A stretch of DNA of 64,000 nt from an uncultured Acidobacteriota bacterium (GCA_963805975.1 CAWDVR010000004.1:352001-416000); one strand, 5' to 3'; positions 22,964-34,700 are shown, numbered from the stretch's first letter. Notes: a model not told the origin generated them from the letters alone. Translations and numbers: made by a program.

Positions 22964-24034
22964 TCAGCCCGGCTCCGGCGCGAGCGCTCGCGGCAGATCG
23001 ATCTCGACCGTGAAGCGCTCGTCGTCGCGCTGCGTGGTCAACCCGGCCTGCCCGCCGTAGATCAGGCGCAGCCGGCGCCGCACGTTGGTGAGCCCCGTGC
23101 CCGAGCCCCGGCTCTTGCCGCGCGAGGAAGGGTCGAAGGGGTTCTCGACCGTGAGGCGCAGGCGGTCTGCCACCAGGGCGGCCTCGATCCGCACCTCGCC
23201 GCCGGCCACCAGGTGGGCGATGCCGTGGCGCACGGCATTCTCCACTACCGGCTGCAGGACGAGCGGCGGAACGGTCCACGTGCGGGCCGCTTCGTCCACC
23301 CGCTGCACGACCTTGAGGCGGTCGCCGAAGCGCACCTTCTCGATGGCTAGATACGAGGCGGCGAGGTCCAGCTCCTCGGTGAGCGTCAGCGCCGCGCGGC
23401 TCGCCGCGACGCGGCTGGCGCGCAGGAAGCCGGCCAGCGACAGCGCCATCTCCCGCGCCGCCGGCGGGTCGGAGCCGGCGAGCGAGGCCACGGCGTTCAG
23501 GCTGTTGAACAGGAAGTGGGGGTCGATCTGCGCCTTGAGCGCCGAGAGCTCGGCCTCGCGTGCCGTGACCTCGAGCTCGAGCGCCTGCGCCTCGGCGCGG
23601 CGGGAGCGCTCGCCGGCGATCAGCAGGTAGCAGAAGGCGGCGGCGAGGAGGTAGAGGAGCACCCCCGCCGCGAAATAGAGCGCCCGCTCCTGGCGGAAGA
23701 CCTCGGCGCTCTTCGCGAGGAGCGGCAGGCGGGCGAAGAGCGCCGCCGCGCCGGTACCCAGCGCGAGCCATAGCCCGCTGGCGAAGGCCGCCGCGGCGCC
23801 GTGGGTGACCGCCACCCGCAGGGCGCCGCTGCCGGCGAGCGGTGTCGCCCGGCACGGGTACCAGACCGCGAGGCAGAGAAAGCTGTAGGCGAGCGCGAGC
23901 GGCAGCGCCAGGGCCGCCGCGGCCAACCACTCGCCTGGGCCCGCACCCGAGACCGCCGCCAGCAGAGCGCCCAGGAAGGACCAGGCCGCGAGGTACGGCC
24001 CCAGCAGGCCGCGACGGCTGAGGATGGGATGCAT
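22964..24034 (-). CDS. LytS-family sensor histidine kinase
   Basis: LKAQIDPHFLFNSLN, LQPVVENAVRHG, GTGLTNVRRRL; N-terminal TM helices. Confidence 0.93.
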   Translation of the reverse strand: MHPILSRRGLLGPYLAAWSFLGALLAAVSGAGPGEWLAAAALALPLALAYSFLCLAVWYPCRATPLAGSGALRVAVTHGAAAAFASGLWLALGTGAAALFARLPLLAKSAEVFRQERALYFAAGVLLYLLAAAFCYLLIAGERSRRAEAQALELEVTAREAELSALKAQIDPHFLFNSLNAVASLAGSDPPAAREMALSLAGFLRASRVAASRAALTLTEELDLAASYLAIEKVRFGDRLKVVQRVDEAARTWTVPPLVLQPVVENAVRHGIAHLVAGGEVRIEAALVADRLRLTVENPFDPSSRGKSRGSGTGLTNVRRRLRLIYGGQAGLTTQRDDERFTVEIDLPRALAPEPG

Positions 24035-24080
24035 GACGGCGGTCGCTCAGTTCGTTCCGAAAGTATGGCAGGCGTGGCGC

Positions 24081-24845
24081 TCACTCCCCGGCTCGGGCAT
24101 CCTCGTCCTTGCCGTGCTTCACCTCGATCCCGCCCATCAATACGATGCCGCGCACCAGCAGGCGATCGGTCACTGGGCCCGCCGGCGGCCGGGTGTTGTC
24201 TTCGAAGGCGCCGAGGAGCGGCAGCACACGGCTCTCGACCGCCCATCCTTCCGGCACCTGGATGTCGATCCCGCCCCACATCGCGAACACTTCCAGCACC
24301 GCCTGGCCGCCGCCGGTCGAGGCGCGCCGCAGGTCGAGGTCACAGCCGCCCATCATGGCCCCCACGTCGCCGCCGGTGAACTGCTGGCTCACGACCTTGG
24401 CGACGTTGCCGCTCATCAGGGCGAACATGGACACGGTGGGGCTCACTCTGGCCTCCCCGTTCTCCACGTCCCGTTCCTGCCGGGGCGCAGCCCCGCGATG
24501 GAACGCGCCGTACACCAGCCGCAGCCCGATCACCACCAGCAGCACCGGCCAGAGATCGTCGAGGTCGACGTCGATTCCCAGCCAGGGCAGCTCGTTGGCG
24601 AGGAGCACCACCCCCAGGACGAGCGGTACCAGCCCGAACATCCTCCCGCCGCGGTCGTTGGGCTGGACGAGCCGCCAGAGCCCGGCGATCACCAGCAGGA
24701 TCGGCCAGAAGCGGAGGACGTGCCCGGCCTCGACCAGGTCCAGGTTGTCGAGCGCGAAGAGCACCCCCAGCGCGATCACCACCAGGCCGACGAAGAGCCG
24801 CGGCGTCACATGGGGTGCCAGGTCGTACTTGGCTTCAGCCCTCAT
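24081..24845 (-). CDS. LiaF-like cell-envelope stress membrane protein (DUF5668 + DUF2154-like)
   Basis: Repeated FWP/LWP TM motifs and C-terminal MGG..LDL / WGGIDIQVP beta domain. Confidence 0.8.
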   Translation of the reverse strand: MRAEAKYDLAPHVTPRLFVGLVVIALGVLFALDNLDLVEAGHVLRFWPILLVIAGLWRLVQPNDRGGRMFGLVPLVLGVVLLANELPWLGIDVDLDDLWPVLLVVIGLRLVYGAFHRGAAPRQERDVENGEARVSPTVSMFALMSGNVAKVVSQQFTGGDVGAMMGGCDLDLRRASTGGGQAVLEVFAMWGGIDIQVPEGWAVESRVLPLLGAFEDNTRPPAGPVTDRLLVRGIVLMGGIEVKHGKDEDARAGE

Positions 24846-25395
24846 GGTTGCCCCCTTCCGGAGCGGCCTTGGCCGGCTTGCGGTCGGTGAAAGAGCGGAT
24901 CACGATGGCGATGCCCGCCACGATCAGGAAGAGCGGCCAGGAGTTGCCCCAGTCGAGGCCACCCAGGCCGCGCATATTGACCAGCAGCCACAGGCCGATG
25001 CCGAGCGGCCACAGACCATCCCACCGGCTGTCGCCGGGCTCCGGCTGGATCAGGCTGACGACGCCGGCGACCATCACCATCAGCGGCCAGGAGTTGCCCC
25101 AGTAGAAGCCCCCGAGATGCAGGAGATTGATCAGCAGCCAGCTACTGATGCCGAGCAGCCAGAGGCCGGAGCGGATCTGGTCCGGCCGCTTGGCGGTCGC
25201 CAGGCAGGCGATGGCGATCACCGTCAGGATCAGGGGAAAGAAGCGGTAGTAGCCGCCGATATCGAACGGGCTGAAGCGGTCCAGGGCGAAGAGGCCGCCC
25301 AGGACCACGAGCACCAGCCCCCAGGCCAGGCGGCTGGCGTCCACCCGCTCGGCGAAGGCCTTGTACGAGGCGGCGGCGGATGAGTTTTCTTGCAT
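24835..25395 (-). CDS. LiaI/LiaF-like membrane protein (DUF5668-like repeats)
   Basis: Two copies of GLW.LGI..WLL.N...LGG..WGNSWPL; ATG 25395 with AAGGAGG SD. Confidence 0.75.
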   Translation of the reverse strand: MQENSSAAASYKAFAERVDASRLAWGLVLVVLGGLFALDRFSPFDIGGYYRFFPLILTVIAIACLATAKRPDQIRSGLWLLGISSWLLINLLHLGGFYWGNSWPLMVMVAGVVSLIQPEPGDSRWDGLWPLGIGLWLLVNMRGLGGLDWGNSWPLFLIVAGIAIVIRSFTDRKPAKAAPEGGNHEG

Positions 25396-25479
25396 CGAGA
25401 GCCTCCTTGTCGAGCCGCGTCCGTCGCGGCTGTGAAGGAGGGTACGCAGGACCGGGCACCCGGTCCCCGCTCTGCCGCC

Positions 25480-25540
25480 CAACGGCGGTGGTTTGCCGCC
25501 GGTTGGCGGTCTTGGGCCCCTGGTTGGCCGTCTTGGGGCG
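25480..25540. promoter_or_regulatory. Direct repeats with 21-bp period, candidate LytTR operator
   Basis: ggttggcggtcttggg at 25501, ggttggccgtcttggg at 25522, partial copy (ggcggt) in register at 25480. Confidence 0.6.
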
Positions 25541-25545
25541 GCGGC

Positions 25546-27918
25546 CTAGTCGCGGCGCAGCAGCCGGGTCGGGTCGGCCTGGAGCATCCGGCGCGCGGGG
25601 AGGTAGGAGGCGGCCAGCGCCACCGTGGTGAGGAGCGCGGCGACCGTGGCGACCGTCCACGGGTCGTGCGGCTCGATGCCATAGAGGAAGCTCGCGAGGA
25701 GCCGCATGGCCGGCAGGGCGCCGGCCGCGCCGACCGCCAGACCCAGCAAGGCGAGCCGGGCTCCTTCGCCCACCAGCGGCCGGACCACCTGGCCCCTGCC
25801 GGCCCCGAGCGCGATCCGGATGCCGGTCTCCAACCGCCGGCTCTCGACCAGGAAGGCCACCAGCCCGTAGAGGCCGACGCTCGCCAGCAGGAGGGCCACC
25901 GCGGCGCAGGCCAGCAGCAGCACCGCCGGCTGGCGCCGCGGCGCCAGGGCCGCGGTGAGCAGGGCCTCGGAGCTCCGGATCGGCCCTACCGGCTGGCGGG
26001 GGTCGAGCGCCGTGGCCGCCGCCGAGACGGCCGGCGCCAGCGTCGCCAAGGGGAGAGCGGAGGCGATCACCACCTCGAAGCGGCGGCGGGGTATCTGGGC
26101 CAACGGCGTGTAGATCTCGAGGTCGGGAGGAGCATCGAGCTGGTCGTGCCGCACGCCGCCCACCACGCCCACGATCTCGTGGCGCCTGCCGCCCAGGAGG
26201 AGGGCCTTGCCCAGCGCCCCGCCTCCGAAGAACCTCTCGGCCAGCACGCGGTTGACGAGCGCCACCCGCCCCGAGCCCTCGGTGTCCGCGGCGGTGAAGG
26301 CACGCCCGGCGAGGAGCGGGACCCTCACGGTGGCGAAGTAGTCGGGGCTCACCTGGCGCTCGGCCGACATCAGCCGCGGCTCGGCCGGCGGCTTCTCGCG
26401 GCCCTCGATCTCGAAGCTCGTCACCGCGTTCCTGCCGGACAACGGCATCTCGCTCACCAGGGCCGCGCGCTCCACTCCCTCCATGCCCGCGACCGCCGCG
26501 AGCAGGCTCTCCGCGTAGGCGCGCTGCTCGGCGGCCGTTGCGTAGCGGTGCGGCGAGAGCTGGACGGGGAGCGCCGCCAGCCCGGCGGCCTCGAAGCCCG
26601 GGTCGGTGGCCGCCACGCGGGCCAGGCTCTTGGCCAGGAGGCCCCCGGCGAGCACCAGCACCACGGCGCCGGCGAGCTGCGCCACGACCAGCACGCGCCG
26701 CAGCGTCGGGCGCACGGCGCCGGTTTGAGCGCGATCCAACCCGGCGAGCGAGCGCGTGGGGCGTGCGAGCGCCGAGAGCGTCGCCACCAGGCCGGAGATC
26801 ACCCCGCCCAGCAACCCGAGGGCCGCCGCCAGCGCCAGCTCCGGCCCGGCGAACCGGATCTCGGCCAGGCGCGGCAGCGAGGTCGGGTTCATCGCCACCA
26901 TGAGATCCGTTCCCCAGGCGGCGAGCAGCGCGCCGATGCCGCCCCCGGCGAGCCCGATCCACAGGCACTCGCCGACCCCGCGGGCCACGAGCTGCCGCGG
27001 CGCGGCTCCCAGGGCGAGTCGGATCCCGACCTCCTGCCGGCGCCCGGCCCAGCGCGCCACCAGCAGGCTCCCCAGGTTGGCGCAGGCCACCACGTACACC
27101 AGGAGCACCGCTGCCAGGAGCAGGCCCAGGGAGCGGCCGGCCCCGCCGAGCGTCACCGCCGTGAGATCCTCTGCCCAGACCCCGAAGCCGTCCTCGTTGG
27201 CGCTGGCCGCCGCCAGCGCCGCCTCCGCCTGCTGCCGGGCGACGCCGGGCGCGAGACGGGCCACCACTCCCAGCCCGAAGGACTCGGTATCCGCCCAGTC
27301 GACGGCACCCCCCATGGGCAGCCATACCTCGGCGCCGGCCAGCCCCAGCGCCTCCGGCGGGTGGAAGTCGGCCGGCAGGATGCCGACCACCTCGAGCGCC
27401 TGGTCGTTGACCAGGAGCGTCCTGCCCAGGCCGCCCCCGGCACCGAAGAGGCGGAGCGAGGTCTCGTGGCTGAGCACCGCGGTGGGTGGAGCGCCGGGGA
27501 GGTCCTCGGCCGGGCCGAAGAAGCGACCGCGACGCGGTGCAAGGCCGAGCAAGGGGAAGAAGCTGGCCGTGACGCGCGCTCCCGCCAGGCGCTCGGTGCC
27601 CTCGGGGCTCGAGGTATCGGCGTCGAGGGTGGTCGCGGCGGCCACTCCCTCCAGGGCCGCGTGGCCCGCCCATGCCCGGTAACCGGCCGGCGAGGCCGGG
27701 ATCCTGTAGCTCGAGGGGGTCGTCATCCCGGCGAGCACCAGCCGCTCGGGATCGCGGTACGGCAGCTCGGCCAGCACGATGCGGCCCAGGGCGCTGCCCA
27801 GGACCGTCACACAGCCCACGCCCAGGGCAAGGATCGAGATCGCCGCCAGGGCGAACCCCGGGGCGCGGGCCAGCGTGCGCCAGGTGATGCGGATCTCGCG
27901 GAGAAGTGTGGTCGGCAT
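25546..27918 (-). CDS. ADOP-family duplicated MacB/FtsX ABC permease
   Basis: ARAPGFAL, ACANLGSLLVAR..RRQEVGIRLALGA, GLYGLVAFLV..RRLETGIRIALGA, ASYLPARR. Confidence 0.9.
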   Translation of the reverse strand: MPTTLLREIRITWRTLARAPGFALAAISILALGVGCVTVLGSALGRIVLAELPYRDPERLVLAGMTTPSSYRIPASPAGYRAWAGHAALEGVAAATTLDADTSSPEGTERLAGARVTASFFPLLGLAPRRGRFFGPAEDLPGAPPTAVLSHETSLRLFGAGGGLGRTLLVNDQALEVVGILPADFHPPEALGLAGAEVWLPMGGAVDWADTESFGLGVVARLAPGVARQQAEAALAAASANEDGFGVWAEDLTAVTLGGAGRSLGLLLAAVLLVYVVACANLGSLLVARWAGRRQEVGIRLALGAAPRQLVARGVGECLWIGLAGGGIGALLAAWGTDLMVAMNPTSLPRLAEIRFAGPELALAAALGLLGGVISGLVATLSALARPTRSLAGLDRAQTGAVRPTLRRVLVVAQLAGAVVLVLAGGLLAKSLARVAATDPGFEAAGLAALPVQLSPHRYATAAEQRAYAESLLAAVAGMEGVERAALVSEMPLSGRNAVTSFEIEGREKPPAEPRLMSAERQVSPDYFATVRVPLLAGRAFTAADTEGSGRVALVNRVLAERFFGGGALGKALLLGGRRHEIVGVVGGVRHDQLDAPPDLEIYTPLAQIPRRRFEVVIASALPLATLAPAVSAAATALDPRQPVGPIRSSEALLTAALAPRRQPAVLLLACAAVALLLASVGLYGLVAFLVESRRLETGIRIALGAGRGQVVRPLVGEGARLALLGLAVGAAGALPAMRLLASFLYGIEPHDPWTVATVAALLTTVALAASYLPARRMLQADPTRLLRRD

Positions 27919-28063
27919 GCGGGCGAGGAGAGCAACCCGCGTGCCGCACCTCCGGCCCGGCTCTTCGGGGCCGGGACAGGGCCCGAGGGCCAGCGGCGCG
28001 TCCGTTGGCGGGACAGCCGGTTCCCGCGACCGGACGCGCCGAGGGCTGGCTCAGTGGGCCCGG

Positions 28064-29170
28064 TTACGGGTTGCCGTTGACGGTGACCTCGACGCTGTCT
28101 GCCCGGGTCTGGCCTTCGCTGGTGGCCGTGGCGCTGACGGTGAAGCTGCCGCCTGCCGGAATATTGGCGAGCTGACTGCGGGTGACCGTCAGGGTCGATT
28201 CCGCGATGCCGCTGCTGTTCGTCGATTCTGCCGGCGGGTTGAGCGTGCCTTCCTCCGAGTCGAATCGAACCAGAACGTTGCTCAAGGGCACGCCCAGCGG
28301 GTCGAGGAGAATGGCTCGCAGAGTCACGGTGTCGCCGGCATCGAGGCGGTCGACGTCCGGCGGGTTCACGGTCAGGGTGAGGGAGTCCAGGATCGAGTTC
28401 ACGGTGATCTCCACCGTCGCGGTCTCGCTGGTGCCCAGGATCGCAGACACCTCGGCCGTCCCTCCGCGCTCGTCCGGCAGGAGCGTGGCCTGGGCCTCGC
28501 CCCGGGAATCAGTGCACACCGCGTTGCAAGGGCTTCCCGACTCCCCTGCGCAGCGATAGGGAGCGGCGCAGGTCAGCGTCCCGAGGTTGGTCGTGAGCCG
28601 GATCCGCTGCCCCGCACCCACGGCCGTACCGTCGCTGGCACGACCGAGGAGAGTGATGGTGGAAGTTTCGCAACTGGAGGTGCTATCCCCGCACACCGGG
28701 ATCGTCGTGGGGTTGGCGCTGATGAGGACCGTCGGCCGGCTGGCGTCGGTCTCGCCGATCTGCACCGTGACCGTGGCCGAGCCGGACGCTCCTTCGCCGG
28801 AGCCGGCGCTGGTGAGGGACGCCGTCACCGTCGCCTCGCCGCCACGGCCGTCGCCGCAGAGGCTGGCGACCGCCTGGCCCCGGTCATCGGCCTCGACGAT
28901 GCTCACCGTGGCCGAGCCGGTGCACGAGCTGCCGGCGGGCCGCAACACTCCCAGGCTGGAAGAGAGCGAGATCTGCGTGCCGGGTCGGATCGGGTTGCCG
29001 GCCGGGAGGATACCGGTCACGGTAACGCTGGAGGCCTGGCCGGTGAGACTGATCTTGCTGGGGGACGCGGTGACCGTGACGATGGTTCCGGACGGCGCCA
29101 CCGGGTTGGGAGCCTTGTCGCAGGCCAGCAGTCCGAAACAGAGGGCGAAGGCAAAAATGTGGGCTCTCAT
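28064..29170 (-). CDS. Lipoprotein with Ig-like (Big_1/invasin-like) domains
   Basis: Lipobox LLAC; Thr/Ser-rich beta repeats, TDSRGEAQATL, TNSSGIAESTL. Confidence 0.7.
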   Translation of the reverse strand: MRAHIFAFALCFGLLACDKAPNPVAPSGTIVTVTASPSKISLTGQASSVTVTGILPAGNPIRPGTQISLSSSLGVLRPAGSSCTGSATVSIVEADDRGQAVASLCGDGRGGEATVTASLTSAGSGEGASGSATVTVQIGETDASRPTVLISANPTTIPVCGDSTSSCETSTITLLGRASDGTAVGAGQRIRLTTNLGTLTCAAPYRCAGESGSPCNAVCTDSRGEAQATLLPDERGGTAEVSAILGTSETATVEITVNSILDSLTLTVNPPDVDRLDAGDTVTLRAILLDPLGVPLSNVLVRFDSEEGTLNPPAESTNSSGIAESTLTVTRSQLANIPAGGSFTVSATATSEGQTRADSVEVTVNGNP

Positions 29171-29266
29171 TGCGATGGGAGTATACGGGCGTGCTTTCCC
29201 GCCCGTCTAGCTTGGCGCTCGCGCCCCTGCCGCTCGTCGGGGCGACCGCCTTGCGGCCGGACCGCC

Positions 29267-29275
29267 TGCTATAAT
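29267..29275 (+). promoter_or_regulatory. Extended -10 promoter (TGcTATAAT) upstream of the TPR-roadblock-accBC operon
   Basis: Exact TGnTATAAT about 50 nt before ATG 29328. Confidence 0.6.
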
Positions 29276-29327
29276 GCTTCGGTTTTGAAGAGTTTAGCCA
29301 TGCCCACACCCTGGTCAGAGCCTCCGC

Positions 29328-30449
29328 ATGCCTGATTTCGCCACCGCCACCGAGCGCCTCGCCGAGCTCCGGCGCCGGTGGGAGGAGGATCCCTCCTCCC
29401 CCGTCTTCCTGCAGCTCGCGGAAGAGCACCGCCGCATGGGCCAGACCGACGAGGCCTTGAAGGTGCTCGACGCCGGCCTGGCCAAGAACCCGAGCTACCT
29501 CGCGGCCCAGGTCTCCCGCGGCCGGTGCCTGCTGGACCTGGGACGCACGGCCGAGTCCGTGGCGGCCCTCGAGCCCGTGCTCGAGCGGGACGCGACCCAG
29601 CTCGTGGCGCGGAAGCTCCTGGTCGAAGCCCGGTTGCGGCTGGGCGAGCCGGCCCGGGCCCGGCGGCAGCTCGATCTCTATTCCAACCTCAACCCGAGCG
29701 ATCCCGAGATCGACGCCCTGCGGGACCGTATCCAGGGTCTGATGCTCGCGGACCCTGAGCCTTTGCGGCCCTCGGCCCCGTTGCCGCCCTCGACTCCGGC
29801 GCCGTCCGGGCCTTCGGGACCAGGGCCGCGAGCCGCGGCGCTCACCGCTGTCCCATCGGCTGCGCCCCTGGACCCTCGAGACCCCTTTCCGGACCTCCGT
29901 CCGATGGACCGCCGCCGCCATCTCGGCGGCTTGGCGACCGAGGGGATCTTCGTCCTGGCGCCGGCCGCGGACCCGGAGCCCGTGGCGCCGCCCCCGGAGA
30001 GCGTTCCGGCCTCGGCCCTCGAGGAGACGGCGGCTCAGGAGGACCCTTTCCCCGTGCTCGAGGCCGCCGCCCCGGAAGCCGCGGGCGCCGACGACGAACC
30101 GGAGGCGGCGTCGCCCGGGTCCGGCCCGGACGACGAGACCCTGCCCTTCGTGTCACCGGAGCCGGCGGCTGCTCCCGAAGAGGAGCGGGCGACCGTGACC
30201 TTGGGCGAGCTCTACCTGCGCCAGGGCCACCATGGCGAGGCGGAGAGCATCTTCCTCTCCGTGCTGCGGCAGGACCCGGGCAACGCGCAGGCGCGCTCCG
30301 GCCTGGCGACGCTCGCCCAAGCGGGTCGCGAGGCGGAGCTCGAGCGCGAGACCGAGGCTCCGGGCGAGACGGCGGCGGCCCGCAAGGTACTGGCGCTCGG
30401 GCGCTACCTCACTCGGCTGCGCGCCGGAGTGGAGCGCGATGTTTCTTGA
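29328..30449 (+). CDS. Tetratricopeptide-repeat protein
   Basis: DPSSPVFLQLAEEHRR N-terminal TPRs, Pro/Glu-rich linker, ATVTLGELYLRQGH C-terminal TPR. Confidence 0.8.
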   Translation: MPDFATATERLAELRRRWEEDPSSPVFLQLAEEHRRMGQTDEALKVLDAGLAKNPSYLAAQVSRGRCLLDLGRTAESVAALEPVLERDATQLVARKLLVEARLRLGEPARARRQLDLYSNLNPSDPEIDALRDRIQGLMLADPEPLRPSAPLPPSTPAPSGPSGPGPRAAALTAVPSAAPLDPRDPFPDLRPMDRRRHLGGLATEGIFVLAPAADPEPVAPPPESVPASALEETAAQEDPFPVLEAAAPEAAGADDEPEAASPGSGPDDETLPFVSPEPAAAPEEERATVTLGELYLRQGHHGEAESIFLSVLRQDPGNAQARSGLATLAQAGREAELERETEAPGETAAARKVLALGRYLTRLRAGVERDVS

Positions 30450-30798
30450 GCGTCTGAGCAGGATCGGCAACCGGATCCAGGGCGCGATTGCCCTGTCCCT
30501 GGTCGACGAGGACGGGATCTCCGTCGAGTCGATCAACTCGAACCCGGAGCTCGACCTCGAGGTTCTCGCGGCCGAGCTCATCGCGCAGGTCAAGACCATG
30601 CAGGGGGCCTACAGCGAGCTCGCTGCGGGCCGGTTCCGCCAGTGCTCGATCACCACGGACCGCATGACCCTCGTGGTAAGCTCGCTCGGTCAAGGCTATT
30701 ACCTGCTTCTGGTGTTGAACCGGGAAGCGAGCATCGGCCAGGCTCGTTTCGAGCTGCGGCGGGCGCGGCTGCTTCTCGAGCCCGAGCTTGTTGCCTGA
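30439..30798 (+). CDS. Roadblock/LC7-domain protein (MglB/MglC-like)
   Basis: 119 aa from ATG 30439: GAIALSLVDEDGISVE, YYLLLVL, IGQARFELRRA. Confidence 0.75.
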   Translation: MFLERLSRIGNRIQGAIALSLVDEDGISVESINSNPELDLEVLAAELIAQVKTMQGAYSELAAGRFRQCSITTDRMTLVVSSLGQGYYLLLVLNREASIGQARFELRRARLLLEPELVA

Positions 30799-30892
30799 GG
30801 CGGCCCGAGACCCGGCACGCCGGATCTCGGGTACCCCAGATCTCGGGTAGCCTGGGGGTTCGTGGCCCCGGCCCTGCTTCAAGGAGAGAGCG

Positions 30893-31390
30893 TTGTTCAC
30901 TTTCGAGCAGATCATCGAGCTCATCGAGCTCGTCGGCAAACGGCAGCTCGGCGGCCTGGAGCTCGAGAAGGCGGGCTTCCGGCTGAAGATCGAAGGGCAG
31001 CCTCCGGCCCCGGTCGCGGCGCCCATGCCGCAGCTCGCCGGCCCGCCGAGCCTGGCGGCCCCCCTCGCTCCGGCAGCTCCCTCGTCGTCGCCGCTCACCG
31101 CTCCCGCACCGGCGGCGAGCGAGGGAGCGGCGGCCAAGCCCAGCGACGGAGCGCATATCCTGACCTCGCCCATCGTCGGCACCTTCTATCGCTCGCCGGC
31201 CCCGGACGCCGACCCCTACGTCGACGTCGGCAGCCGGGTGAGCCGAGGCCAAGTGCTGTGCATCGTCGAGGCCATGAAGCTGATGAACGAGATCGAGTCG
31301 GACGTCGACGGCGTGATCGAGGAGATCTACACCAAGAACGCGCAGCCCGTGGAGTTCGGCGAGCCTCTGTTCGCGATTCGTCCGAGCTAG
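30893..31390 (+). CDS. accB: Acetyl-CoA carboxylase biotin carboxyl carrier protein
   Basis: [17 protein letters not shown] biotinylation motif. Confidence 0.96.
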   Translation: MFTFEQIIELIELVGKRQLGGLELEKAGFRLKIEGQPPAPVAAPMPQLAGPPSLAAPLAPAAPSSSPLTAPAPAASEGAAAKPSDGAHILTSPIVGTFYRSPAPDADPYVDVGSRVSRGQVLCIVEAMKLMNEIESDVDGVIEEIYTKNAQPVEFGEPLFAIRPS

Positions 31391-31400
31391 GCCTCTTCCC

Positions 31401-32764
<1,364 letters not shown>

Positions 32765-32765
<1 letters not shown>

Positions 32766-33949
32766 TGGCGCGGCGCCGGCCGCACCTCCCGGCCGTCTAT
32801 GCCGTCGTGGACGCCGGCGCGCTCGCCCCGCTGCCCGTCCCCGAGGCCGTGGAGGTGATCGCCGCCGCCGGCGTTCGCGCCCTCCAGCTCCGCCTCAAGG
32901 ACGGCCGGCCCGACGGCGAGCTCTATCGCACCGTCGAGGAATCTCGCCGCCGCCTCGAAGGCTCGGGGGCCGAGCTGTGGATCGACGACCGCGCCGACCT
33001 CGCGGCGCTCTTCGAGCTGCCGGGCCTCCACCTCGGGCAGACCGACCTGCCGCCCGCGGCGGCGCGCCAGGTGATAGGAACAGGCACCTGGATCGGCCTC
33101 TCGACCCACGGCGGCGGCGAGGCCGCGGCGGCCGAGGCCGACCTCGAGGTGGACGTGGTGGCGATCGGCCCGGTGTTCCCGACCGCGAGCAAGGAGCGGC
33201 CGGACCCGACCGTGGGGCTCGCCGGGGTGGCCGAGGCCCGGCAGCGGGTAGCCAAGCCCCTGGTGGCGATCGGCGGCATCGACGCCGGCAACGTGGCCCA
33301 GGTGCTCGCGGCGGGCGCCGACAGCGCGGCGGTGATCGGCGCCCTCTTCCGCGGCGCCACGAGCCTCGCGGGGATCGGTCAGAATTGCTCGCGGCTCCTC
33401 GCCGCGGCCGGTGGGAGCCGCCGCCTCGGGACGATGCGCATCTTCCTCACCGGTTTCATGGGCGCGGGCAAGAGCGAGGTCGGCCGCCTCCTCGCCCGGC
33501 GGCTGGGGCTCGCCTTCGTCGATCTCGACGGCGAGATCGAGGCCCGGGCGGGCGAGAGCATCGGTGCCCTCTTCCGCCGCGAGGGCGAGGAAGGTTTCCG
33601 GCGGCGCGAGCGGCTCGCCCTCGAGGCCACGGCCCGGTGCGAAGGCGTGGTGGTCGCGACCGGCGGCGGGGTGGTCACCTCCGCGGCCAACCGGGACTGG
33701 ATGAAGGAGCACGGGACGACGGTGTGGCTCAACCCGTCGTTCGAGACCCTGGCGGCCCGCCTGCCGCCCGAGGCGCGTGCCGTGCGCCCGCTCTTTGCCG
33801 GCCAGGCCCAGGCCCTGGAGCTCTGGCACGGGCGGCTGCCGCTCTACGGCACGGCCGATCTGGAGGTGGCGGTCACCGCGCACGAGACCGCCGAGACCAC
33901 GGCCGAGCGCGTCGCAGCGCTCGTCGCGGAGAGGCCGTGCGCTACCTGA
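32765..33949 (+). CDS. Thiamine-phosphate synthase (ThiE) fused in frame to shikimate kinase (AroK; internal ATG at 33434)
   Basis: QLRLK, DDRAD, GLHLGQTD, GLSTH, AIGGI then MRIFLTGFMGAGKS, DLD, ATGGG, RPL; no stop between the domains. Confidence 0.85.
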
Positions 33950-34674
33950 TCCTCTCGGACATGCACGCCAACTGGGAGGCGTTCGAGACCGTGCTCCAGG
34001 CGACGCGGGGCCAGTCCTTCGACCGCAACCTCGTCCTGGGCGACCTCGTGGGCTACGGCGCCTCGCCCAACGAGGTGGTCGAGGCCGTGCGCGGCCTCCC
34101 GGAGCTCTTGGTGGTGCGCGGCAACCACGACAAGGTGGTCACCGGCATCGACGCCGGCGAGAACTTCAACCACGTGGCCCTGGCGGCGGCGCGTTGGGCG
34201 GCGTCCACGTTGACCGCGGAGTGCCTGCGCTACGTGCGCGAGCTGCCGCGCGGCCCGCGGGAGGTCGCTCCCGGCCTCGCCATCTGCCACGGCTCCCCGC
34301 TCGACGAGGACGCCTACGTCTTCACCGACTACGACGCCTACGAGATCTTCTCCACCCACGGGGCGGAGGTCACTTTCTTCGGCCACACGCACGTGCCCTC
34401 GGTGTTCTCGGTGGGGAGGAGAGGGGTGGAGGTGAGGGCCTTGAAGGGCGAAGGCAGCATGGTCCTCGACCCCAAGGTCCGCTATCTGCTGAACCCCGGC
34501 TCGATCGGCCAGCCGCGCGACCGCGACCCGCGCGCCGCCTACATGACCTACGACGATGCGACCCGGACCGTCACCTGGCACCGGCTGGAGTACCCGGTCG
34601 CGGCGGCCCAGCGCCGCATCGTTGACGCCGGCCTGCCGGCAGTGCTGGCGGACCGGCTGGCGGTGGGGATCTAG
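33937..34674 (+). CDS. Metallophosphoesterase family protein
   Basis: SDMHAN, GDLVGYG, RGNHD, HGSP, GHTH, NPGSIGQPRD; GTG 33937. Confidence 0.9.
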   Translation: MRYLILSDMHANWEAFETVLQATRGQSFDRNLVLGDLVGYGASPNEVVEAVRGLPELLVVRGNHDKVVTGIDAGENFNHVALAAARWAASTLTAECLRYVRELPRGPREVAPGLAICHGSPLDEDAYVFTDYDAYEIFSTHGAEVTFFGHTHVPSVFSVGRRGVEVRALKGEGSMVLDPKVRYLLNPGSIGQPRDRDPRAAYMTYDDATRTVTWHRLEYPVAAAQRRIVDAGLPAVLADRLAVGI

Positions 34675-34700
34675 GGGGCGAGAACGGCCGTCCGGGGCTA

